Part shown: one piece after another, positions 31,671-41,117 of the stretch
Layout of the letters: each line of letters starts with the position of its first letter
Position numbering within the stretch: the stretch's first letter is position 1
Origin: Escherichia coli
GTDB lineage: Bacteria > Pseudomonadota > Gammaproteobacteria > Enterobacterales > Enterobacteriaceae
Length of the DNA stretch: 64,000 nt
Direction: 5' to 3' (one strand)
NCBI RefSeq assembly: GCF_003790525.1
Contig: NZ_CP033635.1
Notes under the pieces: model-generated
The model's input: the letters and a program-made list of their open reading frames with translations, nothing else
Told to the model about the DNA's origin: nothing
Database searches by the model: none
Program-made: the position numbers and the translations under genes

Positions 31671-33443
31671 ATGACCATCACCACAGACACCACTCTTTTA
31701 CACGACCCGCGTCGTCAGGCGGCGCTGCTGTACTGGCAGGGGTTTTCCGTGCCGCAGATTGCCGCCATGTTGCAGATGAAACGCCCGACGGTGCAGAGCT
31801 GGAAACAGCGCGACGGCTGGGACAGCGTTGCCCCCATCAGCCGTGTCGAAATGAGTCTGGAAGCGCGGCTGACCCAGCTCATCATCAAACCGCAGAAAAC
31901 CGGCGGTGACTTCAAGGAAATTGACCTGCTGGGACGCCAGATTGAACGACTGGCACGGGTCAACCGCTACAGTCAGACCGGCAACGAGGCAGACCTTAAT
32001 CCGAACATCGCTAACCGCAACAAAGGCGGGCGGCGCAAACCGAAAAAGAATTTTTTCAGCGACGAAGCCATCGAAAAGCTGGAGCAGATTTTCTTTGAGC
32101 AGTCTTTCGACTATCAGTTGCACTGGTATCGCGCCGGGCTTGAGCACCGCATCCGCGATATCCTGAAATCCCGCCAGATTGGCGCAACGTTTTATTTTTC
32201 CCGCGAGGCGCTGCTGCGTGCCCTGAAAACCGGTCATAACCAGATTTTTCTGTCGGCCAGTAAAACGCAGGCGTATGTGTTCCGCGAATACATCATCGCC
32301 TTTGCCCGGCTGGTTGACGTTGACCTGACCGGTGACCCGATTGTCCTGGGCAATAACGGCGCAAAACTGATTTTTCTCGGCACCAACTCCAACACCGCGC
32401 AGAGCCATAACGGCGACCTGTACGTCGACGAGATTTTCTGGATCCCGAATTTTCAGGTACTGCGTAAGGTGGCATCAGGTATGGCCTCACAGAGTCACCT
32501 GCGCTCGACCTATTTCTCCACCCCGTCCACGCTGGCGCACGACGCCTACCCGTTCTGGTCGGGTGAACTGTTTAACCGGGGACGCGCCAGCGCCGCCGAA
32601 CGCGTGGAAATCGACGTCAGTCATAACGCCCTTGCCGGTGGGCTTCTCTGTGCGGACGGCCAGTGGCGGCAGATTGTCACCATTGAGGACGCCCTGAAAG
32701 GCGGCTGCACGCTGTTCGACATTGAGCAGCTCAAACGCGAAAACAGCGCCGACGATTTTAAAAACCTGTTCATGTGTGAATTTGTTGACGACAAGGCGTC
32801 GGTATTCCCGTTCGAGGAGCTGCAACGCTGCATGGTCGACACGCTGGAAGAATGGGAAGACTATGCGCCGTTTGCCGCCAATCCGTTCGGCTCCCGCCCG
32901 GTATGGATTGGTTACGACCCGTCACACCGTGGCGACAGCGCCGGATGCGTGGTGCTGGCACCGCCGGTGGTGGCCGGAGGTAAATTCAGAATACTTGAGC
33001 GTCACCAGTGGAAAGGCATGGACTTTGCCACTCAGGCGGAATCCATCCGCAAACTCACCGAAAAATACAACGTCGAATACATCGGAATTGATGCCACCGG
33101 CCTCGGTGTCGGCGTGTTCCAGCTCGTGCGCTCGTTCTATCCCGCCGCGCGCGATATCCGCTACACGCCGGAAATGAAAACCGCAATGGTGCTCAAGGCA
33201 AAAGACGTCATCCGCCGTGGCTGTCTGGAATATGACGTCAGCGCCACCGACATCACCAGCTCGTTCATGGCTATCCGCAAGACCATGACCAGCAGCGGAC
33301 GCAGCGCCACCTATGAGGCCAGCCGTAGCGAGGAAGCCAGCCACGCCGACCTCGCCTGGGCGACCATGCACGCCCTGTTAAATGAGCCACTCACCGCCGG
33401 TATCAGCACCCCGCTGACATCCACCATTCTGGAGTTTTACTGA
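31671..33443 (+). CDS. P: Terminase large (ATPase) subunit P
   Basis: 590 aa from ATG 31671 (MTITTDTTLLHDPRRQAALLYWQGFSVPQIAAM...); ORF-track start at 31641 is a TTG extension. Confidence 0.85.
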   Translation: MTITTDTTLLHDPRRQAALLYWQGFSVPQIAAMLQMKRPTVQSWKQRDGWDSVAPISRVEMSLEARLTQLIIKPQKTGGDFKEIDLLGRQIERLARVNRYSQTGNEADLNPNIANRNKGGRRKPKKNFFSDEAIEKLEQIFFEQSFDYQLHWYRAGLEHRIRDILKSRQIGATFYFSREALLRALKTGHNQIFLSASKTQAYVFREYIIAFARLVDVDLTGDPIVLGNNGAKLIFLGTNSNTAQSHNGDLYVDEIFWIPNFQVLRKVASGMASQSHLRSTYFSTPSTLAHDAYPFWSGELFNRGRASAAERVEIDVSHNALAGGLLCADGQWRQIVTIEDALKGGCTLFDIEQLKRENSADDFKNLFMCEFVDDKASVFPFEELQRCMVDTLEEWEDYAPFAANPFGSRPVWIGYDPSHRGDSAGCVVLAPPVVAGGKFRILERHQWKGMDFATQAESIRKLTEKYNVEYIGIDATGLGVGVFQLVRSFYPAARDIRYTPEMKTAMVLKAKDVIRRGCLEYDVSATDITSSFMAIRKTMTSSGRSATYEASRSEEASHADLAWATMHALLNEPLTAGISTPLTSTILEFY

Positions 33444-34477
33444 TGAGCAAGAAAAAAGGGAAAACACCGCAACCTGCGGCAAAAAAAATGACCGCCAGCG
33501 CCCCGAAAATGGAGGCATTCACCTTTGGTGAGCCGGTGCCGGTACTCGACCGCCGTGACATTCTGGATTACGTCGAGTGCATCAGTAACGGCAGATGGTA
33601 TGAGCCACCAGTCAGCTTTACCGGTCTGGCAAAAAGCCTGCGTGCTGCCGTGCATCACAGCTCACCGATTTACGTCAAACGTAACATTCTGGCCTCAACG
33701 TTTATCCCACACCCGTGGCTTTCTCAGCAGGATTTCAGCCGCTTTGTGCTGGATTTTCTGGTATTCGGTAATGCGTTTCTGGAAAAGCGTTACAGCACCA
33801 CCGGTAAGGTCATCAGACTGGAAACCTCACCGGCAAAATATACCCGCCGTGGCGTGGAGGAGGATGTTTACTGGTGGGTGCCGTCCTTCAACGAGCCGAC
33901 ACCTTTCGCGCCCGGCTCCGTGTTTCACCTGCTGGAGCCGGATATTAATCAGGAGCTGTACGGTCTGCCGGAATATCTCAGCGCCCTTAACTCTGCCTGG
34001 CTGAATGAGTCGGCCACGCTGTTCCGCCGCAAGTATTACGAAAACGGCGCTCATGCCGGATATATCATGTACGTCACTGATGCCGTGCAGGATCGCAACG
34101 ATATCGAAATGCTTCGCGAAAACATGGTGAAGTCGAAAGGCCGCAACAACTTTAAAAACCTGTTTCTCTATGCCCCGCAGGGGAAAGCTGACGGCATTAA
34201 AATTATCCCGCTCAGTGAAGTGGCAACGAAGGACGATTTTTTTAATATCAAAAAAGCCAGCGCCGCTGACCTGCTGGACGCGCACCGCATCCCCTTTCAG
34301 TTGATGGGCGGCAAGCCGGAGAACGTCGGGTCGCTGGGTGATATTGAGAAAGTAGCAAAGGTCTTTGTCCGCAATGAGCTTATCCCGTTACAGGACAGGA
34401 TCCGCGAGATAAACGGCTGGCTCGGTCAGGAGGTCATCCGATTTAAAAACTACTCACTGGACACTGACAACGGCTGA
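33443..34477 (+). CDS. Q: Portal protein Q
   Basis: 344 aa; start overlaps the P stop (TGATG); P2 gpQ length. Confidence 0.9.
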   Translation: MSKKKGKTPQPAAKKMTASAPKMEAFTFGEPVPVLDRRDILDYVECISNGRWYEPPVSFTGLAKSLRAAVHHSSPIYVKRNILASTFIPHPWLSQQDFSRFVLDFLVFGNAFLEKRYSTTGKVIRLETSPAKYTRRGVEEDVYWWVPSFNEPTPFAPGSVFHLLEPDINQELYGLPEYLSALNSAWLNESATLFRRKYYENGAHAGYIMYVTDAVQDRNDIEMLRENMVKSKGRNNFKNLFLYAPQGKADGIKIIPLSEVATKDDFFNIKKASAADLLDAHRIPFQLMGGKPENVGSLGDIEKVAKVFVRNELIPLQDRIREINGWLGQEVIRFKNYSLDTDNG

Positions 34478-34482
34478 ACATC

Positions 34483-34504
34483 GCCGCCTGCGGGCGGCTT
34501 TTTT
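34483..34504 (+). terminator. Rho-independent terminator after Q
   Basis: Hairpin gccgcctgcgggcggc followed by tttttt. Confidence 0.7.
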
Positions 34505-34646
34505 ACACCCCGTCATCACGCCCTCACACGTTCGCCACTGTACAAAACACCCCGCAGACACACCAACGCCCCGGCAGGCCGACTAAACGCCATCACGACG
34601 CGCTCAGACGCTGAAAAAATAAAATCAGCACCACCGCCAGCGCGCA

Positions 34647-34665
34647 GTGCTTTCCCCGCCTCGCC
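34647..34665 (-). other. cos site (19-nt cohesive end)
   Basis: Reverse complement of gtgctttccccgcctcgcc is GGCGAGGCGGGGAAAGCAC, matching the P2 cohesive-end sequence as recalled; lies between Q and the cargo locus as in P2. Confidence 0.7.
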
Positions 34666-34892
34666 CGCCCGCTTCATGGGTCGGTTTTGATGCAATTCCA
34701 AAAGCCGTCCAAACTCTCTTAGGCTAAATGTCCAACGAGAAAATAGTTCTTTGAATGTGAATGCATTTTAATGCAGAGTTATGCCCAGCATTTTTGTACA
34801 CTTCGATGTATCAAATGCGCTGCAAACGATCAAATATGGATGTTTTATCAAGCATCCCCCAAAAGATATTTACATCATCCCATGAGGTTAAG

Positions 34893-35966
34893 ATGGATAA
34901 CAAAATCGTAGAAATTGAGACAAATAAGCTTGATTTTGACCCTAAAAACCCACGTTTCTTTCGTCTCAATGATGCCAGTAACGCTGCAACAGTCATTGAG
35001 GAAATGTTAGATGACGAAAGTGTCCACGATCTAATGCTATCAATCGGTCAGCAAGGTTACTTTCCTGGAGAACCTTTATTGGCAGTAAAAAGCAATGGAA
35101 ACTACATCGTGGTTGAGGGAAACAGACGCTTAGCTGCTGTAAAGTTGCTCAATGGAGATCTGCTTCCTCCAAAAAGAAAACTTAAAGGTGTGCAAGAAAT
35201 CATTGATGATACTACCAATAAACCTAAGAAGCTTCCCTGCATCATTTATGAAAACCGAGAGGATGTACTGAGATATATCGGTTATCGTCATATAACTGGG
35301 GTCAAAGAATGGGACTCATTATCTAAAGCCAAATACCTTAAAGAGTTATGTGATACTTTTTATTCACATGAGCCTAAAGAGATAGTATTAAAAAATCTGG
35401 CTCGTGAGATTGGGAGTAAACCACATTATGTTGCAACACTTCTCACTGCACTGAACTTATATGAAGTCGCGCATGACCATGAGTTTTTTAATTTACCCAT
35501 GAAGGCTTCTGACGTGGAATTTTCATATATAACCACAGCTTTGGGATATTCAAAAATCACAAACTGGTTAGGTCTACAGGATAAAAAGGATTTTTTAGAC
35601 CCAAATTTAAATGAAGAAAACCTTAAGCGTTTATTCTCTTGGTTTTTTGTGCCTGACCAACAAGGTAGAACCATCATCGGTGAGTCTCGAAGAATAAAAG
35701 ATATTGCAGCAGTGGTTGAGAAACCCGAAGCAATTGAAATTCTCATGAAAAGTTCAAACTTGGATGAAGCATATCTATATACCAGCGGAGAAAGAGAAGC
35801 ATTAGATAAAGCACTAAACGCAGCTAGTGTTAAATTAAGAGTAGTTTGGGATATGCTACTTAAAGCTAAAGAATTAACATTAGAGCATGAAGAGGCTGCA
35901 TCTGAAATTTTTGAGATGTCAAAAAATATTAGAAATCAGATCAGAAGCAAAAGGGAGGATGATTGA
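34893..35966 (+). CDS. ParB/Srx-like N-terminal domain protein (cargo gene 1 at the old/tin position)
   Basis: 357 aa from ATG 34893 (RBS gagg upstream); ParB-box-like motifs LDFDPKNPRF and IVVEGNRRLAAVKLL; AT-rich. Confidence 0.7.
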   Translation: MDNKIVEIETNKLDFDPKNPRFFRLNDASNAATVIEEMLDDESVHDLMLSIGQQGYFPGEPLLAVKSNGNYIVVEGNRRLAAVKLLNGDLLPPKRKLKGVQEIIDDTTNKPKKLPCIIYENREDVLRYIGYRHITGVKEWDSLSKAKYLKELCDTFYSHEPKEIVLKNLAREIGSKPHYVATLLTALNLYEVAHDHEFFNLPMKASDVEFSYITTALGYSKITNWLGLQDKKDFLDPNLNEENLKRLFSWFFVPDQQGRTIIGESRRIKDIAAVVEKPEAIEILMKSSNLDEAYLYTSGEREALDKALNAASVKLRVVWDMLLKAKELTLEHEEAASEIFEMSKNIRNQIRSKREDD

Positions 35967-35970
35967 GATT

Positions 35971-36996
35971 ATGATTACAAATCTTGATTCAATGCCTTCT
36001 AATGAGCCTTATTTATGGGCTGATTATATTGAGATATTGGCCTTAACTAATATCGACAGGTCATTCAGTCGAGGAGACCTATATAGCACACTGCAAGCTC
36101 AACCCGAAGCAGTACTAGCTGAAACAGATGAAGCAGAAGAAGAGGGCGTTTATGATGTTGATGATGAAAATGATACGCCTGTACGCAAGAGAACAAAACG
36201 AAGTGTTAGTCGAGCATATACTGACAGAAAGTGGAGCTATGCGATAGGCTTCATACGACAACGCATTGATTTATTTGGGGATAGTTACCCTTTTACTTTA
36301 TCAGAAGACAACGATACTGTAGAGTTACGTGATATATCAGAAAAGCCACTGGAACATTTAGAAAGACTATATTTAGCTTTACTAATCTGTGCTAACATAA
36401 AATATGTCAACATAATGAGCAGAAGAGAGATAACGCGCAGTTTTGAACTAATTAGTTTACCTATTTTTGAAAGCCTAATGCCTAGCGGTAGCATAATAAA
36501 AGCATGCTGGGCTTCTGGTGGTCAAGCGGCCCCTTACACTGGAACTCTATATAATAAATTTAAGAGTATTGCTTCCGATATCCGTTGCACAGCGAACTTC
36601 AAAGAACGAGATTTCAGTCGAGGAAATAGTGGTGACGGAGGCCTTGACATAATTGCCTGGCATCCAATGGGAGATCAACGAGATGCCATCCCTATTTCTT
36701 TTGTTCAGTGTGGCTGTTCTCAAGAAGAGTGGGAAGCGAAGCAGCTTGAGGCCTCACCTGCGATGCTCTACAGTAAATTCCCCGTAGCTCACCGATGGGC
36801 AACTTATTATTTCTTACCTCAAGATCTACGATGGATAGATGGTGAGTGGGCGCATAAAAATAAGTTAGGCGATGCTATTTTTGTTGATCGCCTAAGATTA
36901 ATCAATTTAACCAGAGCATCTGATAATATTGATCACAGTCAAAATATTAGCTATCTAGATATCATCCTTGATCCTTCCAGCGCGATCGCTGCTTAA
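35971..36996 (+). CDS. Hypothetical protein, possible PD-(D/E)xK-type nuclease (cargo gene 2)
   Basis: 341 aa; starts 4 nt after gene 1 (alternative ATG 35959 overlaps its stop); contains GDGGLDIIAW ... ISFVQCGCSQEEWEAK, resembling an Mrr-type catalytic core but lacking the canonical QCK lysine. Confidence 0.6.
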   Translation: MITNLDSMPSNEPYLWADYIEILALTNIDRSFSRGDLYSTLQAQPEAVLAETDEAEEEGVYDVDDENDTPVRKRTKRSVSRAYTDRKWSYAIGFIRQRIDLFGDSYPFTLSEDNDTVELRDISEKPLEHLERLYLALLICANIKYVNIMSRREITRSFELISLPIFESLMPSGSIIKACWASGGQAAPYTGTLYNKFKSIASDIRCTANFKERDFSRGNSGDGGLDIIAWHPMGDQRDAIPISFVQCGCSQEEWEAKQLEASPAMLYSKFPVAHRWATYYFLPQDLRWIDGEWAHKNKLGDAIFVDRLRLINLTRASDNIDHSQNISYLDIILDPSSAIAA

Positions 36997-37931
36997 TCCC
37001 ATAAATCTGGAAGGTTTCTAGCAACCGCCTCAAACAATGGAGGCGGTACTGCATTACCTACCACAGTATATTTCATATTAATAGAAGCCCGTTCAGTTTC
37101 TGGGAAAATTAAATCCCCAAAACCTTGTAAAATAGCAGCCTCTCGATAGCTAAACCTACGAGCTGGTGCATCCGAAGTAAATTGCCACTTATCAGGTCCC
37201 AATTTTTCTAATGTTGGACTTATTGGATGTAGAGGCATATGTCTAGGATTTGCAACAATTGTTTTAGATATCTGATCCCAATCTTGCCTACGGTTTCGCG
37301 ATAGATAATACCAATGAAAATCGGCGTCATAAAACTCGCCAACAGGCCAAACAGGCATATGCCCAATAGCATCACGAATTGTGGAATATGGTGTCAAACC
37401 ATCACCATGTGTTGGTTTTGGAAATTTGTATGTAATACCGTAGTCCTTTCGTATTCCTACGATAAAGATTCGCTTCCTATCTTGGGATACCCCATAATGG
37501 GACGCATTCAGAATTTGCGAGCTTACTGTATAACCTGCTTCTTCGAAAACTTTGAATTGATCCTTTAATAAATGCTCAAAGTTACGCCTTACCATACCAG
37601 AGACATTCTCTACAATGAATGCTTTTGGCTTAATTTTACTCAAAGCACGGGCAAACTCTAAATATAGTGTATTAATCTTTCTATCTGCCTTCCTTGCCCC
37701 ACCTTGACTAAATCCTTGGCAAGGATAGCATCCGATGAGCAACTCAGCAGAAGGGAACGACTGGAGCCCTGAGATATCGCCCAAAATGTAGTCAGTTTCA
37801 GGATGGTTTTCTAAGTAAACGTCCCTTGCGTAAGGCAAAATATCATTTGCCATAAGCACATTGAAACCTGCGTTCAAAACTCCCGCATCAGAACCACCAC
37901 ATCCAGAAAAAAGTGAAACTACAGTTGGCAT
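36993..37931 (-). CDS. DNA cytosine-5 methyltransferase, HaeIII/HhaI-type small m5C MTase (cargo gene 3)
   Basis: 312 aa with motif I FSGCGG, motif IV PCQGFS, motif VI ENV, motif VIII QDRKR, motif X GNAVPPPL, plus YYLSRNRRQDW resembling the M.HaeIII variable region; convergent with gene 2 (4-bp overlap). Confidence 0.85.
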   Translation of the reverse strand: MPTVVSLFSGCGGSDAGVLNAGFNVLMANDILPYARDVYLENHPETDYILGDISGLQSFPSAELLIGCYPCQGFSQGGARKADRKINTLYLEFARALSKIKPKAFIVENVSGMVRRNFEHLLKDQFKVFEEAGYTVSSQILNASHYGVSQDRKRIFIVGIRKDYGITYKFPKPTHGDGLTPYSTIRDAIGHMPVWPVGEFYDADFHWYYLSRNRRQDWDQISKTIVANPRHMPLHPISPTLEKLGPDKWQFTSDAPARRFSYREAAILQGFGDLIFPETERASINMKYTVVGNAVPPPLFEAVARNLPDLWD

Positions 37932-38173
37932 TGACCCCTCCTAAAAACCGACCGCGTATTATAGCGAAACACCCCGTTGGGAAAAGCTAGATTTTGCCAA
38001 GTCTTGATATTCTCACGTTTTAGTAGTTGTGGCCATCTTTAACGAGAAAAAGATAAAATTGACTTCTCATTAATTTTCAATAGGTTTAATTGTAAGCTCA
38101 AACTAACGCCTCGCGACACTCGTTATTCAACCCCGCCAGCCCTGAAAACAAGTTTCACGACTGGCGGCGTTCT

Positions 38174-38323
38174 CTATCGTCTGCGTTGTGGTGGCGCAAC
38201 TCTGGACTGACCGATATGGTTAAACCGCCCGTAATTATCCCGGACTATTTCGGCACACCCGACCAGCTCATCGGGCGTCAGATTTTCGTTGACCATAATC
38301 CGCTGTAAACGCTGAACAATAGC
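38174..38323 (-). CDS. Small hypothetical ORF downstream of the orf91-position gene
   Basis: About 49 aa from MAIVQRLQRIMVNENLTPDELVGCAEIVRDNYGRF...; start and reality uncertain. Confidence 0.3.
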   Translation of the reverse strand, partial: AIVQRLQRIMVNENLTPDELVGCAEIVRDNYGRFNHIGQSRVAPPQRRR

Positions 38324-38379
38324 CATCAGCTTGATATTTTTAGTTTTATGGTGCGGTATCTCGCCTGGTATTCTGTGCA

Positions 38380-38832
38380 TTATCCAAGCCACCCGTTTTG
38401 CTGTGCACGCTCCATCTGTTCATCTGAATAGTTCCATGCTCCATCCGTGGCAACCATTGCCCCGCCAGACATCCCCGTCTCTGGTTCATACATAACAGCA
38501 AGGCCGAGCTGATGCATAATTTCATGATTAATTCTGAATACCAGGCCACGCTCACTAAGTTCTTTCCAGTTCACAATCTCATATGCGCCTGTATTAAGCA
38601 GCTCAATACTTAGCAAGACATAATCTTCCAGCCAGTCTGACAGGTCAGTAACATCTGTTATCCGGGCTTCAACATTTCGCCCCGTATACACACCCTGCAC
38701 CCATTCATACAAAATCAACGTGTCCCCGCGCTCATAATTACGGTCATTTTTCCGGAACTCTGCACGTTTCTTTCCTTCCAGCACAAGGTCGAAATATTTT
38801 GCGTGCAGCTTTACCTCGTGAATTTTTGCCAT
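38380..38832 (-). CDS. ASCH/DUF3850-like protein at the orf91 position
   Basis: 150 aa from MAKIHEVKLHAKYFDLVLEGKKRAEFRKNDRNYERGDTLILYEW...; start overlaps the A stop by one nucleotide. Confidence 0.6.
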   Translation of the reverse strand: MAKIHEVKLHAKYFDLVLEGKKRAEFRKNDRNYERGDTLILYEWVQGVYTGRNVEARITDVTDLSDWLEDYVLLSIELLNTGAYEIVNWKELSERGLVFRINHEIMHQLGLAVMYEPETGMSGGAMVATDGAWNYSDEQMERAQQNGWLG

Positions 38833-41117
38833 TATGTCCACTCCATTACTGTTGAGAATCCCGGCCACTCATCAGCGACCGGATACGTGAATTTTTTCCC
38901 GTCATAATTTACGGTCGCGCCACGCGCCAGCGCCTCAAGCTCCCATCGCTGCGGCCTGATACCGTTCTGAGCAAGGTCAACGCGGATACGGGTAATTTGC
39001 GTTCGTTCCGACCGGGTCAGTCTGGCCGATGGCGCTATTTCATGTGGTTTTAACGGGCTTCCGTTTCTCTGCTGACGATTTGGTGTTCTCAGTTCGTGTT
39101 TTAATGCACCTCTGAGCGCCCTCACGACCTCTGGCTCATTCCATTCGATAACACCGTCATCAACCAGATTAAGCACGGCTGCGGCATGTTCATAAGGTGT
39201 GGGAGCCGGTAACGAAGTATCACTGCCGGTGAGCTTTCCACAGTTATTGACAGGACTCCGAGGCGCGGCGATGCCGCTTTTTAAAGTCAAAGGCTCAACG
39301 ACCGGAACTTTCGGCACAATGCGCCAGTCCGTCGTTCTGGTGATATGAATATGACGCGCGCCGAGATGCGGCGCGTAAATACCGACCACTCTCTCGACTT
39401 CTTCCTCGTACTCGTTAACGTCACTCGACGGGCTACGGGCAACCCTGACAGTCTGACAATCGCGCGGGACATTTGCCCCACCCTGCGCGCTGATATACAA
39501 CGCAAAATCACCACTGTCTGCGGCAGCGCGAGCAGCCTCGACGCGTTCGTCAAACTCATCAGCAATACTGACGCCGCGAGGTAATTTGCGTAGTTCACGG
39601 TAAGCCCCCATTGTCGGTAGGCCAACCGTTTTAAATTGCGGAATGCGCCACGTTGACGCCCATGCGGTAACAGCCGCGGCAGTGTCTTTCAGCGGCCTGC
39701 CGGTATCGTTATCGAGCTGACCATCCAGTGCATAGCCGTCGATGTTTTTTGAAATGTATTTCGCGATATACCCCGCAGCACCGCCCCGATTAAGGTGTTT
39801 TGCCTGAAAACGGTTTCGCGCGGCTCCTCTTTCGTCGCCATCCTCTTTGAGCGCATAGCGACGCATGATTTCGATAATCTGGTTACGCTGGCGCGAATTA
39901 CAAAAAAGCATCATATGCCAGTGCGGCGTTCCGTCGTGGTGTGGCTCGACGACACGCAAACCGTAGACCTGTAAATCATTATCCTTGAATGCCGTGCGCA
40001 TCAGGCTCCAGATACGGCAGAGATAACGCTGCGCATCCTTTGGATTAAATGCCTCATCGTTCCAGCCGTGATTAAGCTGCACGGTTTTACTTTCGCCTTT
40101 TCCTACCTGACGTGTCGGGTGATACTTTGACGGCGCGGTCAGCGTGATAAACATCCCCACATCACCCTCTGCAGCGGCGTAACGCTCAATACCGGCAATG
40201 GTGTTCATCAGCTCCATCCGGCGAATTTCAGGATTAGAAATACTGCCCATCACCTTACTGATAAGGTCGATGCGCTCGCCGGTTTCCCTGTTTTCAAGGT
40301 CACACGATTTAAGAAATTCCAGATTTGCCTGGCGGCGCGCACGCACATCACGAATGGCATGTTTACTGGCATAAGGTGAACGGTCTTTATTGACCTCCCC
40401 GACAGCAATCAGTAACGCCTCATGCCAGCGCATACGCTGGCCTTTAAGCTGTCTAATCCACCACTCATCGTTAAACAGGCGGGCAATGGCAGAATATGCC
40501 TGCCTCGTGGTCATCTGCCCTTTACGGTATTTTCTCCAGTACAGCGGGGAAATATTGAAAGCACGTGCAGCGCCAGCAACATGACCATACAGGTGAGCCT
40601 GCGCCTCATCCGTAAACAGCGATTCTTTTTCGCCATGGGCATCCACCCAGGCATCGCAGAGTTCCTCATACATCATGAAAAGCTGCGATGAGATACGGGC
40701 GGCAAACTTTTTCAGCTCCTTGTCATTCATTCCCGGCAGGCGCGCATAGTGGTCACGCTCTGCCAGAAACAGCAACGACGCGTCGGTGTTCATTTCATGG
40801 CGCTGATTCACACGCTCAATGCGCGGCCATAAACGACGCTGAAAAGTGGATGTGAGGAAATAAAACCCGTGCACCGGGCTTTTATTGCGCCGGATGTAGT
40901 CATAGCGTGAAGTAAACAGCGAGCGCAAAAAGTAAGGCAGGCGGTTAATCGTGGATAAAACACCTTGCACCTGACGCATCTCATCACGTGTAAGGGGTCT
41001 TTCGCGCCCGACGGCCTCGCGTGGCGCGTTCCATGCATAAGCACCGGTAAACATCTTACCGGTGCCTGCGGCAAATGCTGACGGAGGGACAAAACGCCCG
41101 GAGGCTTTAACGGCCAT
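38832..41117 (-). CDS. A: Replication initiation protein A (rolling-circle nicking endonuclease)
   Basis: 761 aa from MAVKASGRFVPPSAFAAGTGKMF...; P2 gpA length. Confidence 0.85.
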   Translation of the reverse strand: MAVKASGRFVPPSAFAAGTGKMFTGAYAWNAPREAVGRERPLTRDEMRQVQGVLSTINRLPYFLRSLFTSRYDYIRRNKSPVHGFYFLTSTFQRRLWPRIERVNQRHEMNTDASLLFLAERDHYARLPGMNDKELKKFAARISSQLFMMYEELCDAWVDAHGEKESLFTDEAQAHLYGHVAGAARAFNISPLYWRKYRKGQMTTRQAYSAIARLFNDEWWIRQLKGQRMRWHEALLIAVGEVNKDRSPYASKHAIRDVRARRQANLEFLKSCDLENRETGERIDLISKVMGSISNPEIRRMELMNTIAGIERYAAAEGDVGMFITLTAPSKYHPTRQVGKGESKTVQLNHGWNDEAFNPKDAQRYLCRIWSLMRTAFKDNDLQVYGLRVVEPHHDGTPHWHMMLFCNSRQRNQIIEIMRRYALKEDGDERGAARNRFQAKHLNRGGAAGYIAKYISKNIDGYALDGQLDNDTGRPLKDTAAAVTAWASTWRIPQFKTVGLPTMGAYRELRKLPRGVSIADEFDERVEAARAAADSGDFALYISAQGGANVPRDCQTVRVARSPSSDVNEYEEEVERVVGIYAPHLGARHIHITRTTDWRIVPKVPVVEPLTLKSGIAAPRSPVNNCGKLTGSDTSLPAPTPYEHAAAVLNLVDDGVIEWNEPEVVRALRGALKHELRTPNRQQRNGSPLKPHEIAPSARLTRSERTQITRIRVDLAQNGIRPQRWELEALARGATVNYDGKKFTYPVADEWPGFSTVMEWT

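Noticed and set aside
31698-32408. 236-aa minus-strand ORF inside terminase gene P
   Set aside because: Antisense shadow ORF; P occupies this region with P2-like length and sequence.
34761-34892. Upstream extension of the ParB-like ORF (MHFNAELCPAF...)
   Set aside because: No RBS, and it overlaps the likely promoter; the ATG at 34893 has a gagg RBS.
38000-38173. Possible additional small gene between the methyltransferase and the small ORF at 38174
   Set aside because: No ORF of meaningful length; more likely the methyltransferase promoter region.
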